Position numbers and translations under genes: made by a program. A stretch of 64,000 nt of DNA from Mobula hypostoma (lineage: Eukaryota): contig NC_086109.1 of assembly GCF_963921235.1 (NCBI RefSeq), forward strand, positions 11,286,001 to 11,350,000, written 5' to 3'. The number at the start of each line of letters is the position of its first letter. Within the stretch, counting starts at the first letter, position 1. Of this stretch, positions 60,226 to 64,000 are shown in pieces. The notes below the pieces were generated by a model that did not search any database, was not told the origin of the DNA, and worked only from the letters and a program-made list of their open reading frames with translations.

Positions 60226-62933
60226 AAGAAATAAATTTATGGTAATTGAGGAAAGATTTAAGGACCATTTTGCTTCCTTTTAAAGTGGCGTAGGCTTGAA
60301 GGAATTATGGAACTTAAGGCTTAGACAAGTGAAGAAACTGCTTTTGGAAGAGCAAAGGAAGTCATCATCATTGTGTGCCATGTCGTATGACATAAATGAT
60401 TCATGATCTCATGACCAGGATTGTTTGGCAAATTTTTCCTACAGCAGTGGTTTGCCATTACCACCTTCTGGGCAGTATCTTTACAAGACAGGTGACCCCA
60501 GACATTATCAATACTCTTCAGAGATTGTCTGCCTGACGTCAGTGGTCGCATAACCAGGACTTGTGATATGCACCAGCTGCTCATATGACCATCCACTACC
60601 TGCTCCCATGCCTTCACGTGACCCTGATTTTGGAAGTGGGGGGGTATCTAAGCGTGTGCTATACCTTGCCTGAGGGTGACCTGCAGGCTACCAGAAGGAT
60701 GGAGAACTTTACACCTCCTTTAATAGAGACGTATCTCCACACCGCCACCCAAGCCGAGGAAGTAGGGAATGCATGGGTTGGTAGAATTGGAGCAACATTT
60801 AGTGGTGTGTGTATGAAGAAATGTGCTAAATATAGGGAGAATTTAAAGATAAGATTTTGAAAATTGCTGTATCAAAGTATAAACCAGCAAGGATTGGGGT
60901 GATGGGTGAAAAAGGCTTGGTCCAAGTCAGCTCCATCCAAGCTTTGGGTGGGTTCAAGTCTACCTAAGGCAGAATGTGGGCTGCTGACCTGGGTGAATTG
61001 GAGAAAGCAGCAGCAGTCGAGATGCGACAGGGTTGTGGCACTGAAGTTGAAGTTTTGCTGATGGAACAAACGTGGTCATGAACTCAACTTGTGTCAAAGG
61101 TGATAAGCCAAAGTTCAAAGTCATTAATATTAAACTGTGGACACTTGTGAAGTGAGCAAGAGATGAGTACCAGCTAAAATTAAATAAATTTAATTGATCT
61201 GAGCTCTTGTCACTATTTATACTTAATACTTTTAATAGTCAGAAACAAGTAGTTGCTTCCCTCTTCCATTGACAGTGTGGGTGGACAGGCTGATCCAATG
61301 CACAATGAAGGTAAGAATAAAAATCTGGAGGAGGAGAGAGAATCAGTAAGACTTTGGGCTGCTGTTTTGTTAATACAGTAGTGTAAATTACCAATTAACA
61401 AAGAAATGTTTATACTGTAACAACCACCACACTGCTAAATCTGAATTGTGATTAAAGTTTCCTGCTCAAGAACACAGGATGGGTGGGCACAGAATAGCCA
61501 TGAGCTCATAATTCATATATATAATAGTTTCATGCCCATAATCTTATTTTGTGTGAGGGAAAATATCCTGAGGGGTTTGTGTCCTTCTCTGGGAAAAGGA
61601 AATATAAAACTATGGTGTGGTGTTTGGTTTGGGCTTTAGCTTGAACCACAAAATCCATCAATAAAGATGTAGAAGCATTTTTCTTTAATTGAAATTTAAT
61701 GTTTGGAAGCTGCACCTTTGACTTGCTAGGCTGTTACTGGTGTTTTCCAGGTAGGCAGTGACTTTTGCAATTGTGTAGCTTAAACGTTTTGAATTTATAC
61801 AGTTTTGTTCAGTTTTGTGGTTCACAATCTCAGCTGGAATGTAAGATATATCAGAGGTAATTCTTGTAACTACTTTGTCTTAATTTGCTAATCCATGACA
61901 TTTGGCAAGTTGTCACAAGTGCTTGGGACATTTCCAGGTGGGATATAGGCAAAACAAGTCTTGTAATAGATTTTAATTTGGAATGCACAGTCATCTTCTT
62001 TGGCTAGGATTCAGACTGATGTCTGCAGTCTTGCTATTTGAAATAACCACTTCAATTATGTTTTGTATAGAGGCATTCAGTGACCTGCAATATTGAACCA
62101 GAAACACATTAAAACATCACCGTGACAGTGGGAAATTTAAATAATCTTGAGTTTAAAAAAAACAAATCTATCAATGATGGAGAGCAAGATTAAAATATAC
62201 ATCTATGGTTCACTTTTATCCTTCAGGGAAAGAAGTAAGTTGTCCTTCATATTTCTTCATATGTTACCCCAGACCCACGTTTGATTGAGTAAAATCGTCT
62301 CTTACTTCAAGGGCAATTAGAAATTGTCAATAGACACTGACCTCAGTGAAGTCTGTATTTGATGAACAAATAATGAAAGTGAATTTCTTGTTTTAAAATA
62401 GTTTGCTTGTGAAAGTAGACTTGGTATATATGTGAATGTGATTTCTGACACCCTTTTCTGGGTTGGTAGTGCTAACTCTGTCCGAAACCTGCGAGGAGCA
62501 AGTTGTCAGAAGTAATTGCATTTCAGTATTAACCATAATAGAACTATTGAACTGAGGAGTGAATGAATGTCAGTTCGTCCATTTTATACAGTAAAGCTTT
62601 GTGTATTACTGTCTGGAGATGAGTGTGGAGAGGAAGTGTTTCAGCTGCAGCACAGAAATAGGTCCTTCAATCCATCACATTCATGCAATCATTTTGTCCA
62701 TCTGCTGAAATCCTACTTGGCCACATTAGGACCATTTCCTTCAATGCTTTGTTTATTTAAGTGTCTGCTTAAATGCCCCTTAAAAGGAATAATTGCACCT
62801 GATTCCACAGCTTTCAGTTATCTACCACTCTGTCTTGGTGGTGGTAGAATAATTTGCAGAAGGATATGATTGAATACAGACAAATAAAGTTGGCATTGAT
62901 GGGGCAGAAAGTTCAGCAGGACGTGAAGGATGG

Positions 62934-63022
62934 GACGATGTGGCCTAATGGATAAGGGGTCTAATTTTGGTGTTCAGTGGGAGGTTATCAGAAGATTGCA
63001 GGTTCAAGTCCTGTCACAGTCG
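62934..63022 (+). tRNA. tRNA-Arg(TCG)-like gene/pseudogene with a 16-nt insertion at the canonical intron position; anticodon now reads TTG
   Basis: GACGATG TG GCCT AATGGATA AGGG G TCTAA TT TTG G [TGTTCAGTGGGAGGTT] A TCAGA AGATT GCAGG TTCAAGT CCTGT CACAGTC G. Aligns to the vertebrate Arg-TCG body (73+16 nt). Mismatches in the acceptor, D and anticodon stems suggest a pseudogene. T-run at about 63059-63067. Confidence 0.75.
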
Positions 63023-64000
63023 TAATGGATGACTGTGTTGTATCACTAAATAAAATAATTTTTTTTTAAAAGTGGAGGACAACGTAGGAAGGAAGAGTTA
63101 GATTGATCTTAGAGTAATTTAAATGGTCGACAAAACATTGTGGGCTGACGGACCTGTACTGTGCTGTAATAGTCATAGTCATACTTTATTGATCCCGGGG
63201 GAAATTGGTTTCTACACTTAAATTATGCTTTAACACTCCTCCTCACCTTAAGCATATGCCCTCTTGTTTTTGATACCTCTTGCATGAGGAGAATATCTTT
63301 GGCAATCAGCCCTATATTGCATCTTACATACTTTTGTCCCATTTCCAATCAGCCTCCTTTGTTCCAGGGTTAATAAGCTGCTCGATCCAATCTCTCCTCA
63401 TAACTAAATCCTCAGATCCGGGCAACATCCTGGTGAATCTCCTCTGCACTCCAGCGCAATCATATCCGAAAATGTAACAACAGGATTGATACAGCCTAAC
63501 CAGTATTTTGTAAAAATTGCATCATAATGTCCCAACTCAGATATTCTGTACTCTGACCTGTGAAGTCAAGCAAGCCATGTACCATCTTACAAATCAACTG
63601 CTGAAAACTGTGTGCACGGAGAGCATCTAATACATATAAGGTAGTCTGCCTTCCCATCATTTGCATATACCAGTGTTTGGTTTGGAACAAAACGGAACCT
63701 GGGGCCAGTGTAACAAGATGCCATGCATGTCCATCAGTGTGGTTGTGTGAAACACTCAGAATAAGGAAAAATTGCTCGCATAAGCACAGTATCCCAATAT
63801 TTGCTGGCGGGCTGGTCAAATACCTTCGCCTACCCCTGTTCTAACCTCCTAAATTAGGATTTCATTTAAAAACTGTTGGGTGGGGGGGTATATACACAGT
63901 TGTGTATATACTTGGTGCGAGTTACTAAGGATCGGGCCACCAGTTAAACATCTTTGACTTTGATGACTTTGATTAAAGTAATGTTTTATGAGAATAGATT

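Noticed and set aside
19349..64000. AHCYL1 exon 2 (QIQFADD...)
   Set aside because: A manual scan found no matching acceptor plus coding sequence; GCAATTCAGACTT (QFRL) at ~41585 and ~44548 does not match. A divergent or short alternative exon could have been missed.
1..64000. CRISPR array, operon or other prokaryotic system
   Set aside because: The sequence is spliced eukaryotic DNA; no regularly spaced repeat-spacer array or prokaryotic gene structure was seen.

Overview
Repeat-dense vertebrate genomic DNA. The repeat landscape (CR1, Rex1/Babar-like LINEs, V-domain SINEs, Penelope-like elements) suggests a cartilaginous fish, probably a ray (inference). Two host genes are visible, both on +. 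(1) The last three coding exons of a mu-class glutathione S-transferase (7822-7917, 11417-11527, 12736-12825; polyA signal 12883-12888). (2) A CpG-island promoter and first coding exon (19112-19348) of an AHCYL1/IRBIT-like gene, whose first intron appears to run past the end of the window. The rest is mostly mobile-element debris: CR1, Rex1/Babar, Penelope-like elements (PLE) with GIY-YIG, a solo LTR with 4-bp TSD, an internally deleted HERO-like RLE retrotransposon, CORE- and V-type SINEs, and hAT and Tc1 MITEs. Most notable signals: (a) a minimal type-I hammerhead ribozyme motif at the PLE 3' end, repeated in about ten degenerate copies and in short non-coding fold-back derivatives; (b) a tRNA-Arg(TCG)-like gene with a 16-nt insertion at the canonical intron site (62934-63022); (c) a diverged intronic duplication (~41230-42115 vs ~44225-45095) with several hairpins preserved in both copies; (d) GSTM directly adjacent to AHCYL1, with no EPS8L3/CSF1 between. 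Most ORFs in the supplied track are spurious or TE fragments. TE boundaries are approximate unless a TSD is quoted.
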